64,000 nucleotides of DNA from a virus, in the IMG/VR virus record IMGVR_UViG_3300022591_000004, positions 1-64,000 of that record. One strand, written 5' to 3'. The notes under the pieces are model-generated. The model did not search any database. It saw only the letters and a list, made by a program, of their open reading frames with translations, and had not been told where the DNA came from. Positions 15,161 through 24,607 of this stretch are shown here, piece after piece. Position 1 is the stretch's first letter, and the number at the start of each line of letters is the position of its first letter. The position numbers and the translations under genes were made by a program.

Positions 15161-16633
15161 TCAGCCTTCGCTGATATCTTTAATAATTTTGGTGGTCTGC
15201 TCTTCATTTAAGCCGCCGTTTGGCAGCTCTCGAAGGGCTTGCGCCTTGTCTCCAAAGATGTTAGAAAGCACACCAGCAGACCCATTTTTTGCCTCTACAG
15301 TCATGCGAATAAACGAGGCTGAGTCGTCCAAATCCTTGGTAGTTTTGATGAGCTTAAACAATCTGTCAATCTCTTGGGAAACGTTTGGGTCTGCGTATCC
15401 ACCGTTCATTTCTTCAGTAAAACGCATAAAAGCGACTCTTTGACCCTGCATTTCAATCATTGCGTTAATCAAACTCTTAAGTTGGTCTTTAGTCTTTACC
15501 TCAATAGGAAGGTTGAAAGCGCACATTGTTTGCGGCTTAAAAGCAGGGCAGTTGGCGGCTACAAAACAGGTATCGCACTGGCGAATTGTGCTACTTTGCG
15601 AGCGCACAACAGGAACGTCTTTGATGATGTCTTGACCATCTTCATCGGTCTCTACAACGGTCTTAAAGTCGTATCCGAAGACGGGTAAATTGCCCATTTC
15701 TTCTGGATTTCGGCTCTCAACTTTCCGCATGCCAATACCCTTGTTATCGCTTACGCTGGGGGTAGTTTCCCCACTATCCTCCACATCGCTCCACTCGCTG
15801 TTATGCGATAGGAAGCCGTCTTCTGCGCCACTCATGTTCATCCTCGCTTCGTATTGTTCGTATGACCATACAGCCAGACGACAGACTTCTTGTGGGTCAT
15901 CTTCCATAATCAGGTCGTAGCTCAAGCCCGCCTTTTCATACACCTTGGCGTATCGTACCCGAGCTTGCTCCTTCATACTCTTGTTGTATCTAACAAGCTT
16001 AGTACCGTCCCAGACAATCGTTTCACCGTGGAGCATGGGAGCCAGCCATGACAGGGTACTGGCGGTCTCTACCTTGACCTGACGCAGGTTGTAGGGCTTA
16101 GCGGTGTTTATGGCGTGGAAGCGGGTTCCTCGGGCTGTATAGCCCCGTGTAAGGGCGGCTAGCTGGGTCTCGTGCTCAATGTCGTCACCCATGATTCCTA
16201 TGTCTAGGTAGTGCTCGACCATCTTCTTAAAACCGTCTATGCCTGTCTGGGGCTGCCAAACTGGTTGGAACTTGGAGGGCGGAACTTCATTCCAGCAGGT
16301 CTTCCTCTGCTCTGCAATAAACTCAGGAGTGAGCATGGGGTGGACAACCTCATTAAAGCTCACAATCCTGTCTATGTTATTGGCGATGAACTCCTCGTAC
16401 AGGGCGCAAAATTCTTCTAGCTCATCCTGTGTGAGCTTTTCGACCTTGGGGATACCTGCATGGGCGTAGATATGGGTATCGGGCGTAAAGTAATTCTCTA
16501 AAAGGTATGCCTTAGTTTTGGGTAACCCACGACGATATAGGCGCCAGAAACTAACCCCAACATGGTTGGCGGTGGTGGACTCTAGAAGGGTACGGTTGGA
16601 TGGAACTTCCGCACCTAAGTAAATGATTCGCAT
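15161..16633 (-). CDS. hypothetical protein; possible TGT-like TIM-barrel N-terminus and Cys4 C-terminal domain
   Basis: FHAIN...VETASTLSWL resembles the H(G/A)xG...(D)SxSW motif of phage TGT-like proteins; CDTC...CPAF...CAF. ORF certain, function tentative. Confidence 0.5.
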   Translation of the reverse strand: MRIIYLGAEVPSNRTLLESTTANHVGVSFWRLYRRGLPKTKAYLLENYFTPDTHIYAHAGIPKVEKLTQDELEEFCALYEEFIANNIDRIVSFNEVVHPMLTPEFIAEQRKTCWNEVPPSKFQPVWQPQTGIDGFKKMVEHYLDIGIMGDDIEHETQLAALTRGYTARGTRFHAINTAKPYNLRQVKVETASTLSWLAPMLHGETIVWDGTKLVRYNKSMKEQARVRYAKVYEKAGLSYDLIMEDDPQEVCRLAVWSYEQYEARMNMSGAEDGFLSHNSEWSDVEDSGETTPSVSDNKGIGMRKVESRNPEEMGNLPVFGYDFKTVVETDEDGQDIIKDVPVVRSQSSTIRQCDTCFVAANCPAFKPQTMCAFNLPIEVKTKDQLKSLINAMIEMQGQRVAFMRFTEEMNGGYADPNVSQEIDRLFKLIKTTKDLDDSASFIRMTVEAKNGSAGVLSNIFGDKAQALRELPNGGLNEEQTTKIIKDISEG

Positions 16634-17088
16634 TAGACTCTAGGGTCTTCCTTAATCATTTCAATTTGTTTGTCTAGCTCATCCTCAATAGCTGCCCAGC
16701 TCTTCATTCCTTGACGTCCATCTGGACGGAACTCTGGGCGTAGATAAGTAGGGTGCAAAAACAGTAGGGTGTCTAGCCCAATCTCTAACAGCTTCTTGGC
16801 TAGGTCAGTGTTACCTGTGACTACCAACTCCACCTTGCCTTGGGAACGAACGTACTTGACTTGTTCAATATCTGGGTCATCTAGAACACCTGGGACATTC
16901 AGGTCTACAAGGTCATCGAACTTATTTATCTTATGCTCTAACAACCAACGATTAGTTCTTGCCTTGTCATCGCAGAGCAAAATAACGCGGACGTCTTCAT
17001 TAAACATCTTATACAAGGCAAGACCCTGATAGATAGGACTCCCTGTATCAGAACGCAATACGTCATCTACGAACATTACTATTGCCAA
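16633..17088 (-). CDS. HAD-like fold protein, degenerate
   Basis: N-terminal VMFVDDVL resembles HAD motif I. Confidence 0.5.
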   Translation of the reverse strand: MAIVMFVDDVLRSDTGSPIYQGLALYKMFNEDVRVILLCDDKARTNRWLLEHKINKFDDLVDLNVPGVLDDPDIEQVKYVRSQGKVELVVTGNTDLAKKLLEIGLDTLLFLHPTYLRPEFRPDGRQGMKSWAAIEDELDKQIEMIKEDPRV

Positions 17089-17111
17089 AATGTGCTCCGA
17101 TTGAACTTAGG

Positions 17112-18044
17112 TTAGTGCTTGTATGTTGCTGCTCTACGAACTAGAACACTAGCATCTGGTAGTGTCATTCCGTAGGTCTGTGACTCAAAATCTTCTCGTG
17201 TCTTGGTAGAAATATCTTTTAACTGCTTGAGGGCTTGCACAACTCCACCACGTTTTCCTGCCTGCCAACGGTAGTTAGCATAGTCGGCATACCCCTTACC
17301 ACTGGGGCTAAACGCAGACCCGCGTCCGTGATGGATGTCCTCAAATAACGCTGCGCCCTGGTCTACAGCCAGTTTAAGCGCAGCCTCAGCATTAAGACGA
17401 GCGGAGGCAGTAGTAGCAGAACCAATGTTGGCGAGCGCCTGTGAGTAACGTTCTAGAATCTCAACAGCCATGTTTTCATCGCGGGCAACCATCTGTTCCC
17501 ACTGTGGCTTGCTTTTGATGTTAGGCTCGCTAGGCTCTACTGTCCAGTCATCATCTGTCAGTGAGTAGGCGGCGTACGGCTTGATGTTTCTGATATCAGT
17601 ATTGACATTGACATAGAAGGTCAGCTCAAAAGAATCTAAATAGTTTTCTGTAAGCGGGTATAGCTCAGCGCGAAAATCATCATTGAACATATTGGCAATC
17701 TCTTGGTCGCTAAGACCCGCAAATTTTGTGTTGGAACGACGGAACGCTATGTAATCAACACCTACTAGACAATCAAGGTCTGCTGGTGTGCGATTAGCTG
17801 CCCACTGATAAGAAACGCCAGAGCCAGCAAGCCAAGCGTAAATGTAAGCTTCAGGGTTGTAATAGTGGCGACGCAAGTGGTCAAATAAAATACTGAGGAT
17901 GCCGTTGCGTACGCTACCGATAAGGCGATTGTTGCGAAACAGGCGTGGGTCTAAGCCAGGATTGGGTGAACTAAAGTACGAGGTTTCTGATGGCTCTAGC
18001 TCTACGGGCACAGCGTTCTTAGCTAATGCTTCGTAGATGTTCAT
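17112..18044 (-). CDS. Pol-beta-superfamily nucleotidyltransferase
   Basis: LAGSGVSYQW...ADLDCLV (hGS...DxD) plus downstream ELTFYV acidic strand. Confidence 0.75.
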   Translation of the reverse strand: MNIYEALAKNAVPVELEPSETSYFSSPNPGLDPRLFRNNRLIGSVRNGILSILFDHLRRHYYNPEAYIYAWLAGSGVSYQWAANRTPADLDCLVGVDYIAFRRSNTKFAGLSDQEIANMFNDDFRAELYPLTENYLDSFELTFYVNVNTDIRNIKPYAAYSLTDDDWTVEPSEPNIKSKPQWEQMVARDENMAVEILERYSQALANIGSATTASARLNAEAALKLAVDQGAALFEDIHHGRGSAFSPSGKGYADYANYRWQAGKRGGVVQALKQLKDISTKTREDFESQTYGMTLPDASVLVRRAATYKH

Positions 18045-18058
18045 TAGCTTAGTATAGT

Positions 18059-18295
18059 CTAGTCTTCGTCTTCTTCTTCTTCTAAAACTTCTAAATCAGG
18101 AACCATTGTGTAGAACCAGTCAGGATGTGCGCCTCTATCCGTAATAAGCGCCATTGAAATGTCTACAGGAAATCCTGCGCGACGAAATGATTTGTACAAC
18201 TCATGCAGTTGGATGGCGTGAATATCTAATGGCGTTAGCTCTTCATTTTTGACAACAGAAACTCTTTTAGTTGGTTTCTTACGAGGAGTTGCCAT
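18059..18295 (-). CDS. hypothetical protein
   Basis: HELYKSFRRAGF motif; acidic tail. Confidence 0.7.
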   Translation of the reverse strand: MATPRKKPTKRVSVVKNEELTPLDIHAIQLHELYKSFRRAGFPVDISMALITDRGAHPDWFYTMVPDLEVLEEEEDED

Positions 18296-18318
18296 AATCG
18301 CCCCTTAGGTCTGTGTAG

Positions 18319-18597
18319 TTACAGTATACCTTTGTCTGACAGCGCCTGGCGGATTGAACTAGCTGTGCGTTCTGACTCAGATTGACTGTTTGCCGCCAAT
18401 TTAGCCACAATTAAGTTAGCTAGGTCGTTATTAGACATCACTTCTAGAACGTCAGTACAGCCCCGTCGAACGTCTAGGACTGTGGCATCCCTCTGGGGAG
18501 AAAAATTGGTGTTGACGTCTGTGGTGGCAAAAAATGTACCGTCTTTGCGGAGGGCGATAGCAAACACCGCCTCTACATCTACGACAATATCACTCAT
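18319..18597 (-). CDS. hypothetical protein
   Basis: 92-aa ORF. Confidence 0.65.
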   Translation of the reverse strand: MSDIVVDVEAVFAIALRKDGTFFATTDVNTNFSPQRDATVLDVRRGCTDVLEVMSNNDLANLIVAKLAANSQSESERTASSIRQALSDKGIL

Positions 18598-19138
18598 ACA
18601 AACCGCGCTCCTTGAACGCCTTTTGTTGGTTATACATCTTTACAGGGCAAAAGTCACATAGATAAACTTTGATGTTTGACTTACCTAAGCCTTCGGCTCG
18701 GCGTTCAGCATCTGTTCCTGCGTTCAACTTCTTACGCTCATGCTTGTAATCGGAGCACTGACCCTTAGGGCTATTATGAATCTTCCAACAGCTCATTGCG
18801 TCTTGGCTGTAGGTGTCTTTAAGTCCGTAAAATCCTGTACCAAAAACATCAAGACCTGACGACGCGCCCTTACCGAAAAAGGTTTCACGCAATTCTGCAA
18901 CAATACTTTCTTTGACCTTTGGGGTCATCCAGTAGCCTTGGAGCACGTCCATAAGGGGATATCCAACATGGTCTGGTCCATGCTTACTTGCAGCCAGCTC
19001 AACAAAAGGGTTGTCGTCTTGCTTATACTTACCTTCGCCTAGATACTCACCAGTTTTAGTATAGGGAAGTTCTTCGATTGTTTGGCATGTTTTACAAACA
19101 AGAAGGTTAAAACGTTCGGTCTCAAAGGTATCGGCCAT
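18590..19138 (-). CDS. hypothetical zinc-binding protein
   Basis: CKTC, C..H...C, CDFC. Confidence 0.75.
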   Translation of the reverse strand: MADTFETERFNLLVCKTCQTIEELPYTKTGEYLGEGKYKQDDNPFVELAASKHGPDHVGYPLMDVLQGYWMTPKVKESIVAELRETFFGKGASSGLDVFGTGFYGLKDTYSQDAMSCWKIHNSPKGQCSDYKHERKKLNAGTDAERRAEGLGKSNIKVYLCDFCPVKMYNQQKAFKERGLYE

Positions 19139-19164
19139 AGCCGAAGCTTATCATAGACTCACTA

Positions 19165-19701
19165 CTAATCGTTGTAGTAATTAGCCCTAATCGGGTTGTG
19201 TCCTTCTTTAAGCTGGCGCTTTCTTTCGGCTTTTCTTTTAGCCTCTGCTGCAGTTTTTTCAGCCGCTTTTTCCGCTGCCGCTTTAGCCGCAAGGGTGGCA
19301 TCGGTCTTAATCTTTACGCCTGACGCAACGGGACCTGCGGGAGCAGCTGTCTTCTTAGGAGCAGGTTTAGCAGCAGGCTTAGGTGTTGGAGCTGCGGCTT
19401 TTTTAGGTGCTGGTGCAGACTTCTTAACCGCAGCCTTTTTAGCTGCAGGCTTCTCTTCCTTATACACATAAGGCTCAGTACGAGTATTAGTGGAGGGGTA
19501 GCGCGTCGATTGCTTAGGCTCTGATTCCATTCCAGGTGCAACAGGCATAATGATGCGCTTTTTGTTGTCCTTGCCCTTAGCCACGTCAATGTTATGGTTT
19601 ACATCTCGACTAGCCATAATTCCTTGATGAATAGGGTTCTTAGCGTCAAAATTTACGACACGAAGGCTGCTAGGTCCGCGGTCTTCTACTCCTTCAGCCA
19701 T
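19165..19701 (-). CDS. Lys/Ala/Pro-rich histone-H1-like protein
   Basis: KPAAKKAAVKKSAPAPKKAAAP repeats; start MAEG at 19701. Confidence 0.65.
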   Translation of the reverse strand: MAEGVEDRGPSSLRVVNFDAKNPIHQGIMASRDVNHNIDVAKGKDNKKRIIMPVAPGMESEPKQSTRYPSTNTRTEPYVYKEEKPAAKKAAVKKSAPAPKKAAAPTPKPAAKPAPKKTAAPAGPVASGVKIKTDATLAAKAAAEKAAEKTAAEAKRKAERKRQLKEGHNPIRANYYND

Positions 19702-19846
19702 TGTTAATCTTCTTCTGTGAGTGCTCTCGAGGCTGCGTGCTGGTGAAATGGTTTTCCATCTCATCCATGGTTTCTGGGGTTAGGTAGTCCCAGCCTTCTG
19801 GACGGTCGTCAGTCTGCTCAGGAAATTGTGACTCTGTTGGCTTCAC
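19694..19846 (-). CDS. small protein with N-terminal PxESQF motif
   Basis: Manually translated MKPTESQFPEQTDDRPEGWDY... Confidence 0.6.
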   Translation of the reverse strand: MKPTESQFPEQTDDRPEGWDYLTPETMDEMENHFTSTQPREHSQKKINNG

Positions 19847-20232
19847 TTTTTGCTCGAATCAATGTCAATAACTTTACGCTCTTTGCCAGGAAAATGGGCT
19901 TTACCTACCGTACGTGATTTTTCTGCGTCTTTATTTTGCGCTTCACGAACAGCTGAATTGTACTTAGCAATGGTTCCTTCTTTTGTAGCATTAGTAAGCT
20001 CAGTACTAATTTTATTAAAGTGCTCTTTAGAAAGGGGCGGAACTCCGTGCTTATTTTCCTTGTGAACTACAGTCACATTAGGCGAAAATTTTTCACGGGT
20101 TGTTCCAAGAGATGCATGACCCATGACGTTATCTGAAACTTCCATAGGAAGTCCGCCAGAACCTGTGGTGCCTCGTGTGTATCCACGCAAAGTCTCTGGA
20201 AGCTTTGGAAATTGGCTTTCTTTTGGCTCCAT
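19843..20232 (-). CDS. basic protein with N-terminal PKESQF motif
   Basis: MEPKESQFPKLP... Confidence 0.7.
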   Translation of the reverse strand: MEPKESQFPKLPETLRGYTRGTTGSGGLPMEVSDNVMGHASLGTTREKFSPNVTVVHKENKHGVPPLSKEHFNKISTELTNATKEGTIAKYNSAVREAQNKDAEKSRTVGKAHFPGKERKVIDIDSSKK

Positions 20233-20234
20233 GA

Positions 20235-20432
20235 TTATTCCTTTTCCCATGCTGCACGCTGAGCTTGCCATTCACGGTTATGCTCACGAGCTGCTTCGTA
20301 GTCATCAATACTAATATGACGATAGTCGTCGTCGCCACCTGCAGCAATAGCGCCCTTAGGCCACATATGTGGCTGTGGGAAGTTAGGTATGCTCTTGCCT
20401 TTATCGGCAAACTGCGACTCTTTAGGGTTCAT
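20235..20432 (-). CDS. small protein with N-terminal PKESQF motif
   Basis: MNPKESQFADK... Confidence 0.7.
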   Translation of the reverse strand: MNPKESQFADKGKSIPNFPQPHMWPKGAIAAGGDDDYRHISIDDYEAAREHNREWQAQRAAWEKE

Positions 20433-20674
20433 TACTTACCTGGATTCCATTCAACTTTAGCAGGCTTTGGCATGCCACCTTTAATTGCTCGTGCAATGTG
20501 CATACCAACATCTTTAGAAGTTGCTTCTGGATGTACGTCAAATTCATAGCTGGCTGTGGCGTAGTGCTGTACATCTTCTTCAGCAGGTGTTACCAAAACA
20601 TGTTGTCTTGGTCCAAGCATTTCTGCTGCAGAACCAGTAACTCGCTTAGAATCGTGTGCGCGGTCTTTTGTCAT
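20432..20674 (-). CDS. hypothetical protein (ends NPGK)
   Basis: 80 aa; TAATG coupling. Confidence 0.65.
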   Translation of the reverse strand: MTKDRAHDSKRVTGSAAEMLGPRQHVLVTPAEEDVQHYATASYEFDVHPEATSKDVGMHIARAIKGGMPKPAKVEWNPGK

Positions 20675-20675
20675 A

Positions 20676-20882
20676 TTACTTACCTGGATTAACCTTGTTG
20701 GCTTCTTCAGAGTTGATGAAGCCGTAGTTCATATATGGGTGCAGACCTGCACGCTCTTGCTTAACAATCTGGTCACCAAGACCAGGAATAACAGTGGTAT
20801 TTGGACGTGCCTTACGGTACTTGCCGTCGGTTGCGCCCTCATCAAGTGAAACGTTCATGGAACGCGAATTATTTACGGTCAT
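20676..20882 (-). CDS. hypothetical protein (ends NPGK)
   Basis: 68 aa; TAATG coupling. Confidence 0.7.
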   Translation of the reverse strand: MTVNNSRSMNVSLDEGATDGKYRKARPNTTVIPGLGDQIVKQERAGLHPYMNYGFINSEEANKVNPGK

Positions 20883-21181
20883 TAGGCCATCCGTCCTTTG
20901 AGGTGTTTAGCTTGCTTACGGCGTGTGCAATTTGGGCACGTATCCGTATGTAACGATTGTACGGGATTTAAGGTCATGCCACATTCAATACAAGGCTTAG
21001 AGCCGTTGTAATAGGTCTTTCTGAGGTCACGCTGGGTGTCTAGGCGCACATCTTCAGCCCCTGCCATGCCATCGCCTGTGGAATCTGTTAACAGACCTGG
21101 GTCGTTATTCATCTGACAACCCTGCGCGTTCATGAGCTTCTTTAATTCTTTTATCGGGGGAGGGCATAAAAGCAGGAACAT
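20882..21181 (-). CDS. small zinc-ribbon protein (true start likely MNND)
   Basis: CIECG...CPNC. Confidence 0.6.
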   Translation of the reverse strand: MFLLLCPPPIKELKKLMNAQGCQMNNDPGLLTDSTGDGMAGAEDVRLDTQRDLRKTYYNGSKPCIECGMTLNPVQSLHTDTCPNCTRRKQAKHLKGRMA

Positions 21182-21362
21182 TCTTGCCCCTGTGAGCTAA
21201 ACGAGTAGAAAGACCTGCGCTTGCTCCCATCCTATCATTTACTTTTGAGTTTAAATCAGCTGCTTCTTCCCAAACAATTGTTTTATCACGATTATATGCT
21301 TGAGCAATATCTTGTGGGGACGGTTCTACACCAACTTTAAAATCTTGGTTATTACGTGGCAT
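21105..21362 (-). CDS. hypothetical protein
   Basis: MPRNNQDF... Confidence 0.65.
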   Translation of the reverse strand: MPRNNQDFKVGVEPSPQDIAQAYNRDKTIVWEEAADLNSKVNDRMGASAGLSTRLAHRGKNVPAFMPSPDKRIKEAHERAGLSDE

Positions 21363-21718
21363 TAGACGGCTCCTCCGAGGTCGTTGCGGCTTGATGATTC
21401 TGTGGTATTTGGGGTTTGGCTAAAGTCTGATTCTACACGTTGCTGAGCACGTCCAGGGAGTTGAACAATGTCTTCAAGGGTCAATTCTGTATCTGTGTAT
21501 CCATAGCGCTCAGGAAATAGTACAACTTGGGGTAGTGGAGGGCGCACATATTCTTGTAATTCGGCGCCTGTCATTAAGTTAGCTGCTAATGATTGGCTCA
21601 GTAGACGCTCTTGATTAGAGGCAAAGGGGCCGATATAAGCTTGGGGTGGGTAGGCAGCCTCTGGTGGTGCTTGCCACGGTTTACGGGAGTAAACACCGTC
21701 TGACATTCTTCCTGTCAT
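21362..21718 (-). CDS. hypothetical protein
   Basis: 118 aa; TAATG coupling. Confidence 0.7.
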   Translation of the reverse strand: MTGRMSDGVYSRKPWQAPPEAAYPPQAYIGPFASNQERLLSQSLAANLMTGAELQEYVRPPLPQVVLFPERYGYTDTELTLEDIVQLPGRAQQRVESDFSQTPNTTESSSRNDLGGAV

Positions 21719-22116
21719 TAAAATCCCCCTGAACTTGGAATTTTTCGCTGGTGAGTTTCAAATATTTCTACGGGGACATCAGCTTCTGGGTCGTGAGCCA
21801 GCTGAGACGCCAACCTATGGTTACCGTTAACTAAATTAAGACCCTTGTTATTTGGTCCCGTAAAAATGCGTAATGGTTCTTTAATTCCGTTTTTTTCAAT
21901 ATCATCATGGAAGCTATTTAGTCTTCCAGATGTAGCGTCAGATTGATTTTGAGTTAACTTTCTAGAAAGCATCTCACGTTCAGAAGATTTTTGTTTTTCA
22001 GACTTTGGTTTACCAGGAACACTGGGCTCACTGTGCACGGCCTCATCTAAATTTATATGCTCAGCAATATCTTTAGCCTTCATATACTGCTTAAAAGGAG
22101 ATTCACTTGGAATCAT
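21718..22116 (-). CDS. ParB/Sulfiredoxin N-terminal-domain protein
   Basis: DIEKNGIKEPLRI...LVNGNHRLA...VPV motif. Confidence 0.7.
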   Translation of the reverse strand: MIPSESPFKQYMKAKDIAEHINLDEAVHSEPSVPGKPKSEKQKSSEREMLSRKLTQNQSDATSGRLNSFHDDIEKNGIKEPLRIFTGPNNKGLNLVNGNHRLASQLAHDPEADVPVEIFETHQRKIPSSGGF

Positions 22117-22117
22117 A

Positions 22118-22657
22118 TTACTTCCAGTTCGGTGATAGTGAGCTCAAACGCTTTGCGCGGTTGAGATTAACGCCCATAGGTGAATCGCTCTTCGCTGCTG
22201 GACCCGCCTTACCGTCGTTAGGCAAGTGTGGTGCTGGAGCTAGGTATTGGTTATCTGTATTGCGCTTAGTTCTAATAACGTTACCGTCACGAACGCCAGC
22301 CATTTGACGGCGAATTCCACGCTCTGGACCTAAGTCAGCTGGGTAGTAATAACCAGCAGCGTCGATGCGCTCGCCTTTGTGCACACCACGTTGATAACCG
22401 CGTTGTGTGATGCGAACCTTGAGTGAGTCTAAGACGTTTTCTGATGTGGAACCTGGACGACCGCGGTCATCACGACGTGTACGAATGGTCCCAAGATAGC
22501 CTTCAGGATACTCCGCAGAAGGCTGACGACCTACGCCTAAACGTAAGAAGTCAAGTTCACTCCTGGCGACTGGGACGCCGCCTCCGCCGTAGCTTGTATT
22601 TGTACCATACATACCTGCGGCACCTAGATTTTGAACGTTTTGATGCGGACCTGGCAT
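22118..22657 (-). CDS. hypothetical Gly/Arg-rich protein
   Basis: 179-aa ORF. Confidence 0.7.
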   Translation of the reverse strand: MPGPHQNVQNLGAAGMYGTNTSYGGGGVPVARSELDFLRLGVGRQPSAEYPEGYLGTIRTRRDDRGRPGSTSENVLDSLKVRITQRGYQRGVHKGERIDAAGYYYPADLGPERGIRRQMAGVRDGNVIRTKRNTDNQYLAPAPHLPNDGKAGPAAKSDSPMGVNLNRAKRLSSLSPNWK

Positions 22658-23055
22658 TAGATGTCCACCCGCTTTCTACGCTCAGCTGTTCTTATAGCGT
22701 GACAGTTAGCGCAAACAACTTCGCACTTTGCTATCTCTAACCATATAGATTCTACGCTCCTATTACCGATTTCTTCACCTATATTAAAAAGCTTTTTTGT
22801 TCCTGGTAAATGGTCGAACTCAAGAGCAGCTGGGTGTTTGTTAAACCCGCAATCGGCGCATCCTTTTTCTAACTGATACGCATGTACTTTTGCCAGTTTT
22901 CTTTCTATGTTTGGTCGCGTGTACTTAACGTACAAGCACCGATTGCACATAGCTTGTCTAGTACCACTTTGCCGACCTTTAGCCCATCGCATCTTAAACT
23001 TAGTTTCAGGAAACGACTGCTTGCAGGATGTACAGGTTTTTAGAGTATCCATCAT
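22657..23055 (-). CDS. HNH endonuclease
   Basis: CADCG...LEFDH...CEVVCANCH. Confidence 0.85.
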   Translation of the reverse strand: MMDTLKTCTSCKQSFPETKFKMRWAKGRQSGTRQAMCNRCLYVKYTRPNIERKLAKVHAYQLEKGCADCGFNKHPAALEFDHLPGTKKLFNIGEEIGNRSVESIWLEIAKCEVVCANCHAIRTAERRKRVDI

Positions 23056-23106
23056 TACTCCAGGATACTCTATTAATAGCCATTATTGACGCCAAAGGCG
23101 TTCGTT

Positions 23107-24285
23107 CTAGCGAAACCCGCCTAGTACTACTAACTCACGACGGGCATCAAAACCCTGACCTACAACTAAAGACACGATTCCTGGGTGCGATTCCAAACCC
23201 GACTTATCACGCCACCAACCTGAACCGTTGTCCATAGCTGGGTTTTGGATGAATAGTCTAGTTCCTACGCTTTGAACATCGTAGTGGTGAAGGTGACCGA
23301 CATTGAGGATATCTGCCTGTGCAACTGCACAGTTACCCATAACTTGACCCGACCACCACTTGACCATATCTGCTTTTTGGTGACCATGAGCCATGCCGTA
23401 CATAGTGCCATTTAAATTAACGCACAAGGTGCTGTCGTCTTTAGCTGGGTAGCGAAATTCCACCTTGTTACGAAGGTACTCGTTCTCTTGGCAAGCGTCC
23501 TCTACGGCGCGAACAATTTCAATCTGCCAGGAATCTTCTGGGCGCGAAACTAAGAAGCGCTGAACTTCATCGTGGTTTCCTGGCACTACAGGAACGATAA
23601 TCTTGCTGGCAAAGGGTGCCATGGCCTTAATCTGTGCCATGAGCACACGACGACCAACCTGTACCTGTTGTGCTACTCCAATATCGTGGCGACCCATGAC
23701 TTTACCTTTTTGGCTGGTCATTCCCTCGATGCAGTCGCCAAGCTGGGGAAGGGCAATCTGTGTGATGCGATTGGGATACTTCTTCATCAACAATTTATGG
23801 TGCTCTACGCACTCATCAAATGCACGTAATACTCGGTCAACAATAGCTGGCGTATCATCTTTTCCATATTGAGTATCACCAAGGCTGTAAACGGCTGTTA
23901 AATCTCCACCAGTTTGCTCATGTGATTTTCCTGGCTTCCACTTATTAAGCTCGTCAATAAGGGCTTGAGCATCGTAATCAATTCCTACGCCACTAGCAGG
24001 AACAATGTTAAGTCGCAAGGACTCTAGCCATTCTCCATCGTAACGTTGCCAACGTCCACGTCGTACAGAAGTAACTGTCCATTCATCGGGATTTAGATTG
24101 GCTTCAATAAGTGCGTCTCGTGCGCCTGGAACTGTTTCACCAGCTGCTGGCGAGGAAACTACATAACCGCCTGTTTCGCTAATCTCAGAACGTGGTCGCC
24201 ACGCTTCTGGCACATCTTTTGTAACGTTATCTGAACCTTCTTTTCCTGCCTTTATAAAATTATTAAAGTCATCTTTTATAGACAT
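23107..24285 (-). CDS. calcineurin-like metallophosphoesterase
   Basis: GDTQ, LGDC, PGNHD, AHGH, GHLH motifs. Confidence 0.85.
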   Translation of the reverse strand: MSIKDDFNNFIKAGKEGSDNVTKDVPEAWRPRSEISETGGYVVSSPAAGETVPGARDALIEANLNPDEWTVTSVRRGRWQRYDGEWLESLRLNIVPASGVGIDYDAQALIDELNKWKPGKSHEQTGGDLTAVYSLGDTQYGKDDTPAIVDRVLRAFDECVEHHKLLMKKYPNRITQIALPQLGDCIEGMTSQKGKVMGRHDIGVAQQVQVGRRVLMAQIKAMAPFASKIIVPVVPGNHDEVQRFLVSRPEDSWQIEIVRAVEDACQENEYLRNKVEFRYPAKDDSTLCVNLNGTMYGMAHGHQKADMVKWWSGQVMGNCAVAQADILNVGHLHHYDVQSVGTRLFIQNPAMDNGSGWWRDKSGLESHPGIVSLVVGQGFDARRELVVLGGFR

Positions 24286-24530
24286 GAGCACCAATGGTTT
24301 CTGTGTGAACGAAATGTGGTTGTTCGGAAAGGTAAATCAGGAAACTTTAAAACTAAAAACCTATGTAGCTCTAGTGTGGATGTCTTTGTCTCTAACAACT
24401 CTTTAAATTCAGCTACTAATTGGTCATCTTGCTCTTTTAGCCATTCACCAACTGAACATCTACCTTTAGAAGCAGGTCCCGCACTAGCGGTAGCTTTTGT
24501 TAAGTTAGCTAGTTCATCTTTTAATGACAT
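24276..24530 (-). CDS. hypothetical protein
   Basis: CSVG...HRNHWCSC; couples with the phosphoesterase. Confidence 0.7.
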   Translation of the reverse strand: MSLKDELANLTKATASAGPASKGRCSVGEWLKEQDDQLVAEFKELLETKTSTLELHRFLVLKFPDLPFRTTTFRSHRNHWCSCL

Positions 24531-24570
24531 GGGTGTTATTCAACCACACCTTGAGGGTTATATCAAACAA

Positions 24571-24600
24571 AAAGCCCCCCATTTCTGGAGGGCGTTTTGC
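24571..24600 (-). terminator. terminator-like hairpin
   Basis: AAAGCCCCCCA-TTTC-TGGAGGGCGTTTT. Confidence 0.55.
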
Positions 24601-24607
24601 AAGTTTT

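Noticed and set aside
22657-23055. Group I intron-encoded homing endonuclease
   Set aside because: The flanking ORFs are intact and there is no room for an intron core; treated as a free-standing HNH
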